Shown: positions 36,622 to 50,864 of the stretch, in pieces
Layout: each line of letters opens with the position of its first letter
How positions within the stretch are numbered: the stretch's first letter is position 1
Origin: Amoebidium appalachense
Lineage: Eukaryota > Protista > Ichthyosporea
Length of the DNA stretch: 64,000 nt
Direction of reading: 5' to 3'
Assembly (NCBI GenBank): GCA_963693365.1
Contig: CAVNZM010000012.1
Coordinates: 5,840,889-5,904,888, forward strand
Notes under the pieces: model-generated
What the model saw: the letters and a program-made list of their open reading frames with translations, nothing else
What the model was told of the DNA's origin: nothing
Database searches by the model: none
Translations under genes and position numbers: made by a program

Positions 36622-36991
36622 ACGTATATGTCACAGTGCCTGGATCATGTGTGAATTCGGAAATGACTCCGGGGGTTACAGGGGGGAAGGGATAAGCGTC
36701 ATCATTTTTGTTTATAGCATATTATGCACCACACACAAACACACGACACGAAGAAGAAAAATGGTTAACCAACTGTATTCAAAGTCACCACGCTTTGTTC
36801 CTGCAGGAGACCCCGTGTCTTTGGGTTTCCTGGAATTACCGTCCTTGAGATGCTAATAGTTTATTTCTGTAGCACCGATATACTGTAATGCCCAAGCGTG
36901 GTACTGGTACTGGTGCACTCAGCTTAGTTAGCCTAGTATCATTTACTGCTGAGTAAATTCACACATGATCCTGGCACTGTGACATATACGT
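36622..36991. mobile_element. MITE-like element with 36-bp inverted repeats (1 mismatch)
   Basis: 36622-36657 ACGTATATGTCACAGTGCCTGGATCATGTGTGAATT pairs with 36956-36991. It can also be read as TGT...ACA termini (36629-36984) flanked by TATA. Confidence 0.75.
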
Positions 36992-38011
36992 GGACCAGTA
37001 ATAGCTGGTCCTGGACCAGTAATAGCTGGTCCAGGAGGGAAGTCGTGGTTGCCGTTTCGTGAGGCCATAACCGCACCGTGGGGCACCGTGCCAGCCGTAT
37101 CAGAGTTGGCCAGATGTGCTATTTTGTATAGGCCGTGCGCAGCTGTGTGGTATAAATGGATCATATAAAGGGTGATGTATACGCATACGCTTTCCTTTTT
37201 AACTGAAGTTATAATTAGAGTCAAGTTGACAGTCTTATACATATATTTATTAATTCTTGCCGTAAACCAGTCAAGAATCCAGCGATCTGAGCACAGTGTC
37301 CGGCCTTACATTTTCTGGCTTTTTGGGCCCCCAGAAATGTGCCAGAAACACTAAAATGCCAGAGTGACTCTGTTTTAGCTTATCATATTTTCTTTCCTGT
37401 TTTACATATTATCCCCCCACTGGCAGTAACACCCCCCAACCCCCTCCCCCCCCCCCCTCCCCCCACTCCTGCCCCTCCCCCTCCCCTCACTCCCCCCACC
37501 CCCCCCCCCCACCCCCCCAGCCCCCGCCCCCCGCCCGAGGATGCCACCCGGATGACCCACCCATGATCAAACAAGGCCGTATCGGCAATGATTGTGTTTA
37601 TGTGCGACTGTGGCGAAACGGTTGAATTTCAAGTACTGGGGATCCATGACACGGCCCTGCTAGTATGCTCATGACAGTGTGTTGCTCTGAGAATCTCTCT
37701 CAGTCTCCTCCCCCCCCCCCCTCCTCCCCCCCCTTCTGTCTCTCTCTCCCCCCCCCTTATGTACCCCTCCCCACTTCCCCCACCCACCCGCCCACACCAC
37801 ACACACACACACACACACATTTACAGTTTACCATAACCACGAATCACCCGGCCCTAACCAAAAAAGACAAGCTTGCTACGTGCGTTTGGAGGGTGACAAT
37901 ATATATGTCATGATGGACTTGAAACTTAGAGGTTTTCAATGTAATAATGATCATCAATGACCATCAAGTTTTTCTTTTTTCTTTTCTTATTTCCATCTTT
38001 TTTTTTCTTTT

Positions 38012-38049
<38 letters not shown>

Positions 38050-38062
38050 CCCCCCCCCCCCC

Positions 38063-38098
<36 letters not shown>

Positions 38099-38988
38099 CC
38101 TTTTTTTTTTTGTTGGGGGGGGGGGGGGAGGGGGGATAATATGGTGCAGTTACGAAGTCCTCAGCGGGTGGGTGGGGGCCAGCTGCTGTGCCTTCTTTAC
38201 CACTATCCTCCATATCAGGTGGCTGCTAAAATCAATATGCAGCATTGCGCACTGCTCCGGTGTTACTTACTGTTATCATTTTGACAGTGCCACGCGTACG
38301 TCATAATGATATGTTCGTGCGGTGTTCAGATACTATATAGCTGCGAGTCCTGAAATTTGATACTGGGAGGGCCACAATATCATGTGTTCCAATTGAGTAC
38401 AGTACCTCTCCTCATCATATGCAGCCTCTGCAGGCACACGGGGGAGGGGAGGGGGGGGGAAACGGGTAGAGAAGATGAAAACCCTTGGTGCATTCCCCTT
38501 CCCCCCCCCCCCCCCCCCCCCCAAAAAGGAAACTTTTAAATAACCTAATAATAAATAGATAAATGGGATGTGGTGTAGCCACTGGGACACGTTGCTCAAG
38601 ACACACCAAATGACTTCAACAGCACGGCAAACATGGCAAATGCAGGGCACTGGTGTCACCACCCTACCGCTTAACGTACGCAGTGAATGGGTAGGCAAAC
38701 ACTGAGCAAATGAAGCCTTGGCTGGCTGCTGTGACGGTGGCCAAGTGGGCCAATCAGCTGTGGAACCCATGGCCTACACAGCCAATAAAAGGGGGCTAAA
38801 CCACAGAGAGGTAGGTCTTGGCTGCCTAAAGACACAGAGACCTCTCGTGTGGTGAGGTCTGTGCCTATGCCGCCTTAACTTTCCAAGAAAAATCTGCACG
38901 AAATGCTCCTTCTTGTTCTGATTCTTCTTTTTTTTTCTTTTTCTCTTTCTTTCTTTCTTTCTTTCTTCTTCTTCTTCTTCTTCTTCTT

Positions 38989-39077
<89 letters not shown>

Positions 39078-39622
39078 CTTTTTCTTTCTTTCTTTCTTTT
39101 TTATTTTCTCTTTTTTCTTCCGGGTGGGTGGGTGGGAGGGGGGGGGGGGGGGAGACCGGACTGGTGGGAACAAGGGGGAGGAGAGTGGAATAAGATACGG
39201 TTGCCCCCCCCCCCCCCCCCCCCCTCAAACCCTCCCCCCAAACCCCTAGCGTTCCCCCGCCCTCTTGTCTCCCTAGAAAACCCACCCACCCACCCTTCTT
39301 CCCCTTCAGCTCCACCCGGTCGGGCCTGCACTCCTTCCAATAGCCCACACATTTTAGCCTACTCTTCTAAAGAAAAACGATTTGGAAACAGAAAAAGGGG
39401 AAAGGTTGGAAGCAAACTATCTGCCTGCTCTCTTTCACCTAGGTGGCAACCAGAACAGAACCATGTAAGCAGACGGAAGAACTCGAAGAGGAATAGGGCA
39501 GAAATATCCATGATAGTAGGTGGTGGTACCAGAGATGGGGCATAGGGTGTAGTGCTGACTCGGGGAGGCGGTAGTGGTGGTGGTGGTGGTGTTGGGTGTG
39601 TGTGTGTGTGGAGGGGGGAGGG

Positions 39623-39689
<67 letters not shown>

Positions 39690-39932
39690 GGGGGGGAGGG
39701 GGGGGGGAGGGGGAGAGCGGAAAAGGTGGGACATCATCTTGAAATGGATGAATGAAGTGATAGTTTGCCTGCTCGTCCAAGTTCGCGTTTTTCTTTCTCC
39801 TTTTCTTTTCTTTCTTTTTTTTTTTTCGTTGGCTTTCAAAAAAAGTGGAAGAGAGTCGTTTTGTATTTCTTTCTTTTCCTTTCTTTTTCAATGATTTTCT
39901 TTCTTTTTTTCTATATCTTTCTTTTTTTGGGT

Positions 39933-39966
<34 letters not shown>

Positions 39967-41096
39967 GGGCTTTCTTTCCTTTTTGGCAGATGCCCACTCT
40001 TTACACAATAACTCATACCTTCATGGACATGAAAAGGGCCGAACGGGTGAGCGGACAGGGGGGTGTGTGTGTTTGTGTGTGTGGGGGTGGGGTGGGGGGG
40101 GGGGATTTAGTACCCCTAAATGGATTTGAGCCTGTGACACACCATGGTTGGGTCACATGATGTGAGTGGGGCGAGAAGTGGGTTGGTGTCTGGGGGGGAA
40201 GGGGGGGAGGGGGGGGGGGGGGGGGGAGGGGGGGAAGGGAGGCGGGGAGGCTCATACAGAACCGTTGTGGGTGAAACAGATGCCTTCCCCGTGAGATCCA
40301 TAAAGAACCGTTTTACTACGACTAAATGCAGTCTAACGTTAACGGGCGTTCCCAAGTTGGGCTTGAAGGGGGGGTGGGGGGGTGGGGGGGGGGGTGGGGG
40401 GACTCAACAAAGTGTTGAAATGCGATGGGCTCATTAAAAATATCTGTGGGCGCGCAGGCGGTTTTGGAAGAGGGGGGAAGGGGGTGGAGGATGGAAAGCG
40501 GTAAAAGGATTATATGCTTTTGTCTACAACTAATGTTTACCATGAAGAAGGCTTCAATAAGATCTCGCTACCAGGAAGTTCTTTAACGGAGGGGCGGGCA
40601 GGCGCGCGCCAGGGGGGAGGGGGGGGGGGGGGGGGGGGGCTCAACAATTGATCAATTGGTGCTCATTCTTATAACGATCCGCTTGAAAGTGTGATGTACA
40701 TACGGGTGATCAGTGTTGTAGTATCCGCTTCGTGGGTACTAATAATTACATGCATCCCGGTGCTATGCAGGGACGAACAGGCTGCACATACAATGCCAGT
40801 GCATGTGGCACCTGATTGGTGGAAGATCACCCGCTAGTCTCCGGCACGGCCACCACTAACCACACTGCACGTTGGACAACACTCACTGAGTTTATGCCCC
40901 ATGATGCGCGCACACACACCACCGTCTTCTTCCCTCTTTTTCATCTATCAATTCCCGTTTCTCCCCCCTCCCTCTCCCCCCCCCCTCCCCCTTCTGCCCC
41001 TGGGCCCCACGTGCCTCTCTCTTTCTGTTTTGGCAACCCCTGAACCCATTCATTCCCCTTATCCTCCCTGGATGACGTCTGATGCATTGTGCACTT

Positions 41097-41193
<97 letters not shown>

Positions 41194-41305
41194 ACTGGGG
41201 GGGGGGGGGGGGGGGGGGGGAGAGGTGGGGAGGGGGGGATACCTTGGACTGGGCATTGAAAAGCAAGTTGAGGAGCTAGTTGAGCGTGGGATAAACGGGC
41301 GGGTC

Positions 41306-41338
<33 letters not shown>

Positions 41339-41498
41339 AGAGATGGTGGGGAGGGGGGGGGGGGGGAGGGAGTCCTAAACCAAGTGCTCTGCTGCGAAGT
41401 GCCAGATAGCCTGATTTTACGGCCAATGGGTAAGAGGGAGTGTTGGGTGATTGGTGGCTGGCATGCTGGTAGAAATTGGTTGAAGAGGAAGGCAAGCA

Positions 41499-41540
<42 letters not shown>

Positions 41541-42113
41541 GGGAAGGGGGGGGAGGGGAAGGGAAGGGGGGGGAGGGGAAGGGAAGGCAGGGGAGAGAGG
41601 GAGAGAGGGAGAGGGGGATGTCCTTAACCGAACATTTAGATGTTCTTGGAATTCTGCTCTGAGAAGGGGCCCGTGGGGAGAGGCGGAGAGGGAATGAGAG
41701 AGGCGTTGAGAAGAGAGGACACTGTCAGACCTGTAGCGTGTATGCGGGGGTCCCACCCAGGGGGGGCCAGAGGGAGGGCAGAAGGATGAGTACGAGGAGG
41801 GGGGGCGGGCGGTGGGGAGGGGTGGAGGCTCTTGCCATATTAAAACACAAACAAAACTAATATTAGCTACAACTGAACACGATCCCAGTAAAGGCCCGTG
41901 AAAACTTCTGTTTCTGCCCGATCATGATTAGAACCTTGCCCATTCTCCCCCCCTCCCCCTTCCCTCTCCCCCCCCCCCCCCCCCCCCCCAAACACACACA
42001 CACCTCCATCCGCCCAGTCCCTCCCCTCCGCTATCGCTTCCCCCTTCTCTCCCCCCCCCCTCCCCCTCTGAAACCCCATCCACAATCACCACCACTACCC
42101 TCCCTCCCCCCCC

Positions 42114-42150
<37 letters not shown>

Positions 42151-42217
42151 CCGAATACCCCACGCCCTGGGCATACTGCTGCCAAGTTCCAAACGCGTAA
42201 TTCCCTCCACTCTCCAG

Positions 42218-42257
<40 letters not shown>

Positions 42258-42385
42258 CCCCCCACATCTAAGAACACAACTTACCTCCAACGCCCCGCCC
42301 CCTCTCCTTTAACCACCACAACCCTTGTCACAGGAGATGTTTTGCCCCAGGCCATACCCCTGTTTTCACACACATTCACACCCCG

Positions 42386-42465
<80 letters not shown>

Positions 42466-44195
42466 CACGCACACACACACAGTGCTAACATCTCTTGCAG
42501 CTAGACCCCCTTTCCCCCCCCCCTCCCCCCCCCCCCCCCCCCCTGAAACCACCCCTGCCCCTCCCCCTACTTCCTGTCAGCTGTCCACCCACCCTGCATG
42601 GGCCAGTGCTGCCTTTAGAAGCCTAGCCCTCTTACACGATAAGGGGAAAGAGACGGGGGGGGGGGGGGGGGGGGGGAGGGGGACGAGGGGAGGGGAGGGG
42701 GAAGTCCCTTCCATAGCAGGTAGGTGCTGTGGGTACAGGAGTGTGTAGGTACCTCACCTGCCGGTATGACACAGCCCGGGGGAGGGAGGGGGGGGGGGGG
42801 GAAGGGAGGGAATGGGATGCACTATACACACACCATGCAGCCCTCCCCTACCCGCGTCTACACACCACAAACACACTAGCCCCTTCCCTCCCCCCCCCTC
42901 CCCCCCCCCCCCCCCCCCCTTCCCCTCCCCCCCCTCCCCTCCCCCCTTCCCCCCCCACCATCCGGCCCAGCTGACGCAGCCACACAAGGCAGGCACCAAA
43001 CAAATGTCCCATGCCCTTCTGCACCAAAATCAGAACTAACCGGCACACTGGCAACTGGTGGCACGTCCGGAGAGTGAATGTGTGTATGCGCGCACACTCG
43101 CTCGCATCGCTCGATTCGTTGTGTAGGGTGTGGGCGTATGGTTGGTGTGCTGGGTATGTGCGTACACCGTGTGCATGCACGTGTGTGTGCGATTGAAAAC
43201 ACTTTGTGTGCGTGCGTGTGTGCATGTGTGTGTGTGTGTGTACTTGTCGGTGTGCGTTGTCTTTGTGTGAGCGTGCAGTGTGCGCCTCTGTGCGACCTGT
43301 GCATGTGTGTTGGTAACTGTGGAAGTTTATGTTCTGGTTACCTGTGTGTGGAACTATGCATGTTGTGTTCTGGCTACGTGTGCGTGTGTAGGTGTACCTG
43401 TGCATGAGTGGCAAACACGAGGTGCCTATACTCATCTGTGCAGAGAATAAGGTGAGCACTGGTACCACCGTGTATGCCCACTTTGCGTAAAACCATCGGG
43501 CCCGAGCAAAATGGCCCATGCCGCGGTTGTGGGACTCGTAGTATAGTGGCCCCCCCCCCCCCCCCCCCCCCCCCCCTCTTCCCCTCCCTCCCCCCTATAG
43601 TGCCCCCCCTCCCCCCCCTCCCTCCCCTCTCCCCCCCCCCCCCCCACCCCCCCCCCCCCCCCCCCGATAACGTTAACCTTCACACACCCACACGAGTACA
43701 TAACCCAACCCAACCCAACCCAACCCCCCCCCCTCCCCCAAAAAAGAAAAAAAAACTTCTCTCCTTCCCAAACAAACTAAGGTTGCACACATCGTACACA
43801 ACTGTAAGACGGGCACAGACACGGGCACCCGTAATCCCACAGCCAACAAACATACACAAAAAGGAGATAAGCATGATGGTCGTATTTGAATATTTATTGG
43901 GTTTTTAAAATACTCGTGTCGTCCTGTAGCCCCTCGATTGTTTCGATCGTCTTTGATCGTCTTTCACCTCTTTGCACGAGTGTGCGATTTCATGCACCTT
44001 AAATACACAAACTGGGTGTCTAAAAATGAACCCGAGGGGCCTTCATAACTCTCAGCTTCTAAGGCTTCTATTGCACAAACTACTAACCTTCGTTTCATTT
44101 ACATTGGAATGTTAAACAATTCATTCAAACCTCCACTTCAAAAGTTCCGCTTTCATCAAATACAAATCTGCAAGTTTCAGTCTACATTTACGCAT

Positions 44196-46576
44196 TTAGG
44201 CCATACCCCAGTTAAGCGGCACCAAGTCCACAACGGAAAACACCGCCGTGACGATCGTTGCGATGCACCCGCCCGAGATAAGACCGGCAGCGACGGGATA
44301 GGTGTAGTTTTTGCACTCCTCGGGCCAGAAATACTTCCACACCGAGTGAATACCCTGGCCCAAAAGCTGCGCCACGGAGTACTGGGGGGGGATAAGGAAA
44401 GCAAGGAAGAACACAGACCACACGGGCATAAACTTCTTGAAGCGGTCCGGAATGAAAAAGTGTTCTGCGGTCTGCTGGACGACAACAAGAATAGGGAATG
44501 CAATCATGAAGTAATATCCCACGTAGTTCATGGAGTTCTGTGGCGTGTTTCCGATCGTGACGCCCGATGCGAGGGCGTCGGCGAGAGCCTCCCAGGCACG
44601 TGCAGCGCTCATTGGGAAGATGCAGCTCTCATCAGCTGGGTTCAGCATGCACGGGTAGGCGGCGGTGTAAAGAAGGAAAGCACCGATGGAGGCTAGACCA
44701 CCCATAAACGTGCCGATGATCTGCGCCTTGAACTGAGCGTGGGGCGAGGCGCCGACGAGGTATCCAGTCTTGTACAGCTGAAGGATTTCACCGGTCTGGG
44801 TGGCTCCCTGGGACACCATGTTGCCCAACAGAAGCATGGACTCGGCAGAAGCGCCCGCGGCACCAATGATAATCATGAGCAGCTTGGCAATCATAGCACC
44901 CATACCCCAGTTGGTGCGGCCCTGAATCTGCGCACAGATGACGGCTATAGGGAATGTAAGAATGACGGCTACGACCATCTCCCCACCCGCGGATGGTGTC
45001 GTGGAAAAGGCCGAGGTAGGCGCCGATAGCCAGGGCGACGAACAAAATGAGCATTGGCAGCCAGATATAAATAGGTGTGTCCTCGTCCGCCTCGGCAACG
45101 ACCTTGTTCTTATTGGCCGCAATCTTCTCCTTGATCCCCGCAATCGTGAAGCTGCGTGCCGTGACACCCTTGAACATACCTTCGAACATCTTGTAGTTGA
45201 GTACCACGGTCCAGAGGGAAGAAACAATAAGAGCGATGGCAGCGGGGAAAAGGAAAGTCTTGTCACGCGCATAACCGAAGGAAGGAACGGCCTTGTAGAC
45301 GCCGGCGTTGAAAAGAATCGGCGCGACAATACCCATGGAGAAGAGCGCACCGATGAACATCCAAATGTTGACGGCGGGGCCCACCATGAAGGCAGACGCG
45401 ACAAACACAGGGTCGACCATCAGAGACCACCCGAAGTAGTGCGCGTTCATCCAGTACGTGTACACGGCAGGGTCCGCGGCACACGTCTTGTAGTCGCGCG
45501 CACCGCAGTTTGACAGGTAGTAGAAGATGGGGAAGGACTGGAACACCGGCATGAAGAAGAAAATAATACCAAAAACAAAGGAGATCACAAACGACCATAG
45601 CATGACCTTGACTCGCTTCTCTCCCTGGACGAGGGCCTCGGCAGACCTGTACATGGTGCGAAGAACCTCCGCGGCGGCCGAACCGTCAGGGAAGACCAAG
45701 TTCTGCTTGATGATCATAAACCGGCGCAGGCACACACCGAAGACGAGGCCAAAACCAGCTGCGCCGAAGATCAGAAGCATAAGTTTGCCTGCCTCCTGTG
45801 TGGGGGTGGTGAAGTATCCCTTCCAGAAGAGAACGAGGACTGGGGCCACGAGACCGCCATTCAGACCACCCGCGGCGGTGCCGGCGGCTTGGAAGCAGCA
45901 GTGCTCCTTGATGCCGAGTTGCTGGCCGGCACACTTGAGGACGGGCTTGAGGATGACGCCACCGAGAAGGGTGGCAAAGAGGGTGGCTCCAATGGTGATA
46001 CCTGACTGCGGAGGGGAAGGAAACACACACGAGGATTAGTACCAGTAGTTGGGTTGCAGGTGAACGGTGTTTTGAGGCATGCCCGATTATATTCTGCAAG
46101 AATACAACAATAGTTTCGAGCACACATGATAGTTTCAAGCACACATAGTGAGGGGATTTCCACGTGTATGAATTGTAGTGGTGCATGTATACTGTAGCTT
46201 TCTTCAAATCGAGCACACCTACTTAGCTACCACGGTAGGTAAACACACAGCCGATACACACCTTCAGACCAAGGTACATGTTCGAGATGGCAATGAGGGC
46301 GCCGCAGAGGGACCCAAGCAGGGTTGCGCGCCACGTGAACGAAGAGTCGGTGGGGATGTGCATGACCACATCCTCCTCACCGGGTCCCATCCTGTCCTCC
46401 TCGTCAGTGTCTTTGACCAGACCGTCGATGGCCCCAGACACCTTCATTGGCACATCGTGGTAGGAGTTGGCGCCGATGCTGGCGCGGGGTGCTTCGAGCT
46501 TCTTGTCACTGACTGCACCGTCAAAATCGCCCGCGGCGAGCTCGACCTTCTGCTGGTCCGGAGAATTCATGATCAT
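44196..46576 (-). CDS. OPT-superfamily transporter, YSL/YGL114W-like clade; one intron (46006-46261); apparent +1 frameshift near 44981-44984
   Basis: FTWRATLLGSLCGALIAISNMYLGLK|SG, LVFPDGSAAAEVLRT, IQGRTNWG and ILQLYKTGYLVGASPHAQFKAQIIG, plus VAAGLISG and many transmembrane segments. The protein continues across two frames at a G4 run. Confidence 0.85.
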
Positions 46577-47511
46577 GTTTGTTAACACTTTGAAGTAAAC
46601 TGCCTCGAACAGCTACTGCAGAGTGAGCCACACCGCCATTTTATATGCGCCACGGAGCAAGAGCAAAATCTCAAGTATGTCCGTGAGCCAATCCGGCGCG
46701 TGCTGATTGGCTATTAAGCCGACCAAAACTCTGCATCTTATTGGCTCGATTATTTGTAAAGCGCTGATTGGTGGATCTATGCATGGGGGTATGTTCGACA
46801 CAGTTGGGTTACTTGGTATGTACGTGGCTGCACGCGCATCAAGAATAAAAATAGGCCGCACAGAGGCGATGCAAAAATTTATATTCGTTTAATTAGCCCG
46901 AAAATACATCAGCGAATAACGAAAAACGTTCTAATTTTTGTCATTTTTATTAGCTAATCGCTAGACTACAAGTTTAGCATAAATTCATGGAAATGATGAG
47001 CCAGCTTCCAGCATCTATCTCCCTAAACTGGCTTTGTACAATTGGCCCGTCGGCAAGTTGCTTGCCAGTTGCGGCGCCAATGAGGGCAAAATGTCAGTCG
47101 CACTGTTACCATAATTGAAGACGACGACAAGCCAGCAGGCACGTGCACCAGAAGGACAAGAAACTGCCCTGTAGTGGCAAGATAATTACAAGCACTCAAT
47201 CACTAATCTGAATATCTGTTGAATCCGGGGAGCTTATAAGATTCGACTTCGCCGGCCATATATATATGCATGGCTGCAGCTGTCATGCATATATATGTAC
47301 CGCGGACCAGGGCCAGCGGGCCGGCATGTTGATGAAATAAAAACTTCTATAAATGAGCAAGAGTTATTGTAGGCTATTGCACTATGGCTGAATTGAGGGC
47401 TTTCAAAAGGCATATGGGGGACAAGACTCCCAACACAGCGATCACATGCCGTTATATGTATGCCCTACCATGTATGCATATATGTCCGAATTTGTGTTTT
47501 TGTTTGGAATT

Positions 47512-48736
47512 TTTTCTTCTTCTTTTGACTGGATTTATTCGACAGCAAGTATGCACGGCATACTGAGAAGACAATAAAAAACTTCACGAGTTAGCCAGTA
47601 ACAAGTGCATACTGAGATACCTGAACACTGTGTTAAAATCATATAAATACTCAATGTGACGACCAACAGAATTCAACAAAAAGTCTAAAGTGTTCACATT
47701 GCCAGCTAGTGTAGCAGATACCCGGAGCTCGAGGGAAAGAGGTAAAACGCGACATAAAAATTCACACCTATCAACATGCTTGCGATTAAAAAGGTCAGCA
47801 CAAAAGTGGCACCAGCGGCGATGAAAACAAGAATTACAGCGCCACTGCACAACTTCCCAGGCAATATCAACATCAGAGCACCATACAGACTTATCTACTA
47901 GGGTGGTATCCATACGTACAGCAGGAGAAATGTATCCTGCCAAAGCTCCCAAAAAGCGATAATGATCAGTACGGTGTTGCCTAAGGAACATGTTAACACA
48001 TGTCGACTGAGTTTTACCTTTGATTTCTCTATCAGAACGAGAAAGAAACTTATACTGCGTATGGTAATAACGCGAAAAGGCAGAAAAAACAGGAAGATAA
48101 AAGAAAGAGGGAGTGAGATAGCGAGAGGAAGAATCAGGTGGAAAGAGGGTAGGCTGAGGACATTCAGAAGTAGCGTTGGTGAATCGGGGGGGAAGAGGGA
48201 TGGAGGGAGGGGGGGGAAAGAAAGCATAAAGAGGGTGACCATCAGGTAGCCTAACTAAATGAAAACAAAAACGAAGAGACAGTTCCTCCATACGACAAAC
48301 GGCAGACGACAATCCAAACATACTGATTAAGGGAGGCACAAACCGAGTACGAAACAAAGTGCGTAGCGCAGTACCCTGAAAATCGTCGAACTCGTTCAGC
48401 GCCATTGCCGCCTCGCGAGGTGGGGCGCAGGCCAATAGCGGAAGTCCATATTCGAAAGTCGGCCGTAAAAAAGTTTTATAGTAGGGAAGAAGGTTCGCAG
48501 GATGGATCACAGACTCCTGTTGAAACATATTTGACACGATGTGAAGCTTACCCTTCGCACGAGCGATCCGTGCCGTGAGGAGCTTGCGGAAATCAATACC
48601 CCGTGCAGTAAAAGGAATACGTATACCAAATAGTCATAGGTGCTCTGAACAGGAATAGGAAGGCCGGCCAATCGAAAGGAAGTGTTCTTCGAAAAAGTAG
48701 CACACTTTGCAATTCCGACTGTCATGAGATTCTCGA
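47512..48736 (-). mobile_element. 5'-truncated non-LTR retrotransposon (end of RT, thumb region and C-terminal Cys/His motif) with a probable 8-bp TSD
   Basis: AKC...YDYL (late RT motifs), YKTFLRPTFEYGL and WRCNSC..CHFC..FNRKH..C in ORF 47584..48537. AATAAA and an A-rich tail lie on the minus strand. TTGGAATT occurs at 47504-47511 and 48737-48744. Confidence 0.85.
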
Positions 48737-49278
48737 TTGGAATTCGAATTCCAGACAGGGTTTAGGGAGTCCTCTATGCTTTTATCATCCAATCAGCGAG
48801 CAAGAAGAACAGCCAATCGGAAATCGCCGTGCTTTAAACTATTGGCTAATAGGTTTGAATAGATCTCGGGAATCGGGATACCCCGACAAGCGAAAGCCGG
48901 CAGCGAGCAGGGAGCTAGCACCGGCCGGTCAGCGACTGACTCGGAGGGAGGGTGGCACCGGCCTGACCAACTTGAACATGCTACACAGGCAACAGACAGG
49001 CGCATTTACGGTCTTATCACGCGCCTGGCGTGTGAGCGTCATTGTTACATAAACGTCTATCCCCTGCCATTAGAAAACAACACAACCACAAGTACACGCA
49101 AGCACGTGTGCCTATATAGTTGAAAAGGGCCACGTACATATCAGCATGTATTAATATTACTAGCGCCGTGATGTGCCTTATATTCACATAGGGCATGTAC
49201 GGCCGTCTCGATAGAATCTCTTCTTAATTAGTTTTCTTTTCAAGGATGTAGCACCGTCAGAGAGAGAGAGAGAGAGAG

Positions 49279-49319
<41 letters not shown>

Positions 49320-49446
49320 TGCGTGTGCGTGTGCCTGTGCCTGTGCGCATGCGTGTAATTTATATGAATGCACGAGTGCTGCACATGTGAGCATTGTCTG
49401 CGCACGTGCATGATTGTAAACAGTATGTTTTAGTGCACATATATAA

Positions 49447-49477
<31 letters not shown>

Positions 49478-49485
49478 GCGCGCGT

Positions 49486-49523
<38 letters not shown>

Positions 49524-50675
49524 GTGTGGGTGTGTGGTGTGTGCGTGTGCGCGTGTATCGGAATGGTGCACGAGTGCTGCACATGTGCACACGTGCATGA
49601 TTGTGAACAGTCTATGTTTTGGTGCACATATATCATGTCACATTTTAGTAGTCCATGTTTTAGTGCGCAGATGTAATAACATGTCACATTTCAGTTCAGA
49701 GACTAAGGCGCAATTAAACTTTGGCATACACACAGACTAATAACCCACCCACCCACCACTCCCAAAAAAAGCCCTCACCCAAGCACACCTGCATAGTCAG
49801 TATTAAAGACTGAGTTTTCAAGTTGAGATGATTCTTTCATTATTATATTTATAATCATCCTATCATCAAATACGATGACAAAACTTCGACTTGTGCTGAT
49901 TGGCCTCACGAACACGCAGACTGAGTGTAGATGCCACCATATATATACTATCATTCATGAACTTTCAATTGCAACACATTGGTGCAACAACCGCAAGAAG
50001 AATTGTGTCCCAAATCACAATGCCTGCTCAGTATTAGACTGCTTCTACTTCATATGTTATTCAACTACATGGTTGGTCCTACGGCTAAGTACATCATAAC
50101 TAGTCCCCCCCCCCCCAAAACACATACACACACACAATCATTTTTACCCAAACTCAGAAAGTATAATCAGATACCGTACTTCAATGCTAAGAACCGATCA
50201 ATACACCAGGGCTTACTAAAACCATTGAAGGTAGATTGCCACACTGGGATTTCCAGTCTGCGTCATTCGACAAGCACTTCCTTGAAAGCAATACAAGCAC
50301 CAGCCCACCTGCAATAAAGGAGAATATGCCACTAAAAGATTGGGGGGGGGGGGGGGGGGGGGGGGAACCCCTCTGCCCAGAGCCTTACGAGGGCTAACCA
50401 CTGATATTTGAAGGCAACGAAAGTCTACCTGCCGCAATCAGATGAGGGGCATCACAGCATCATTCGTATACATCCTGTTAGCATTGCGCACACGCCTGAA
50501 CACTATGCGGCTTGAGGGGGGAGAGAGAGAGAGGAGGGGGGGGGGGGGGGGAGGGGGGAGGGGGGAGGGAGAGAGCTAGGGAGAGGGGGTGGGGAGAGGG
50601 ATAGAGAGAGAGAGAGAGACGCTTGGGAGCCGAAAAGTTGGGGGAGGGGGGGAGAGGGGGGAGGGGGGGGGGTTG

Positions 50676-50781
50676 CTATAGCTCCTCATCATCACTCCCA
50701 CTGGCTACGGGCTGTGGGGGGGCATCATACAGACCATTCTCTTCGTCTGCTAGAAGGTTGACCCGAAACTCAATGCCGTTG

Positions 50782-50864
<83 letters not shown>

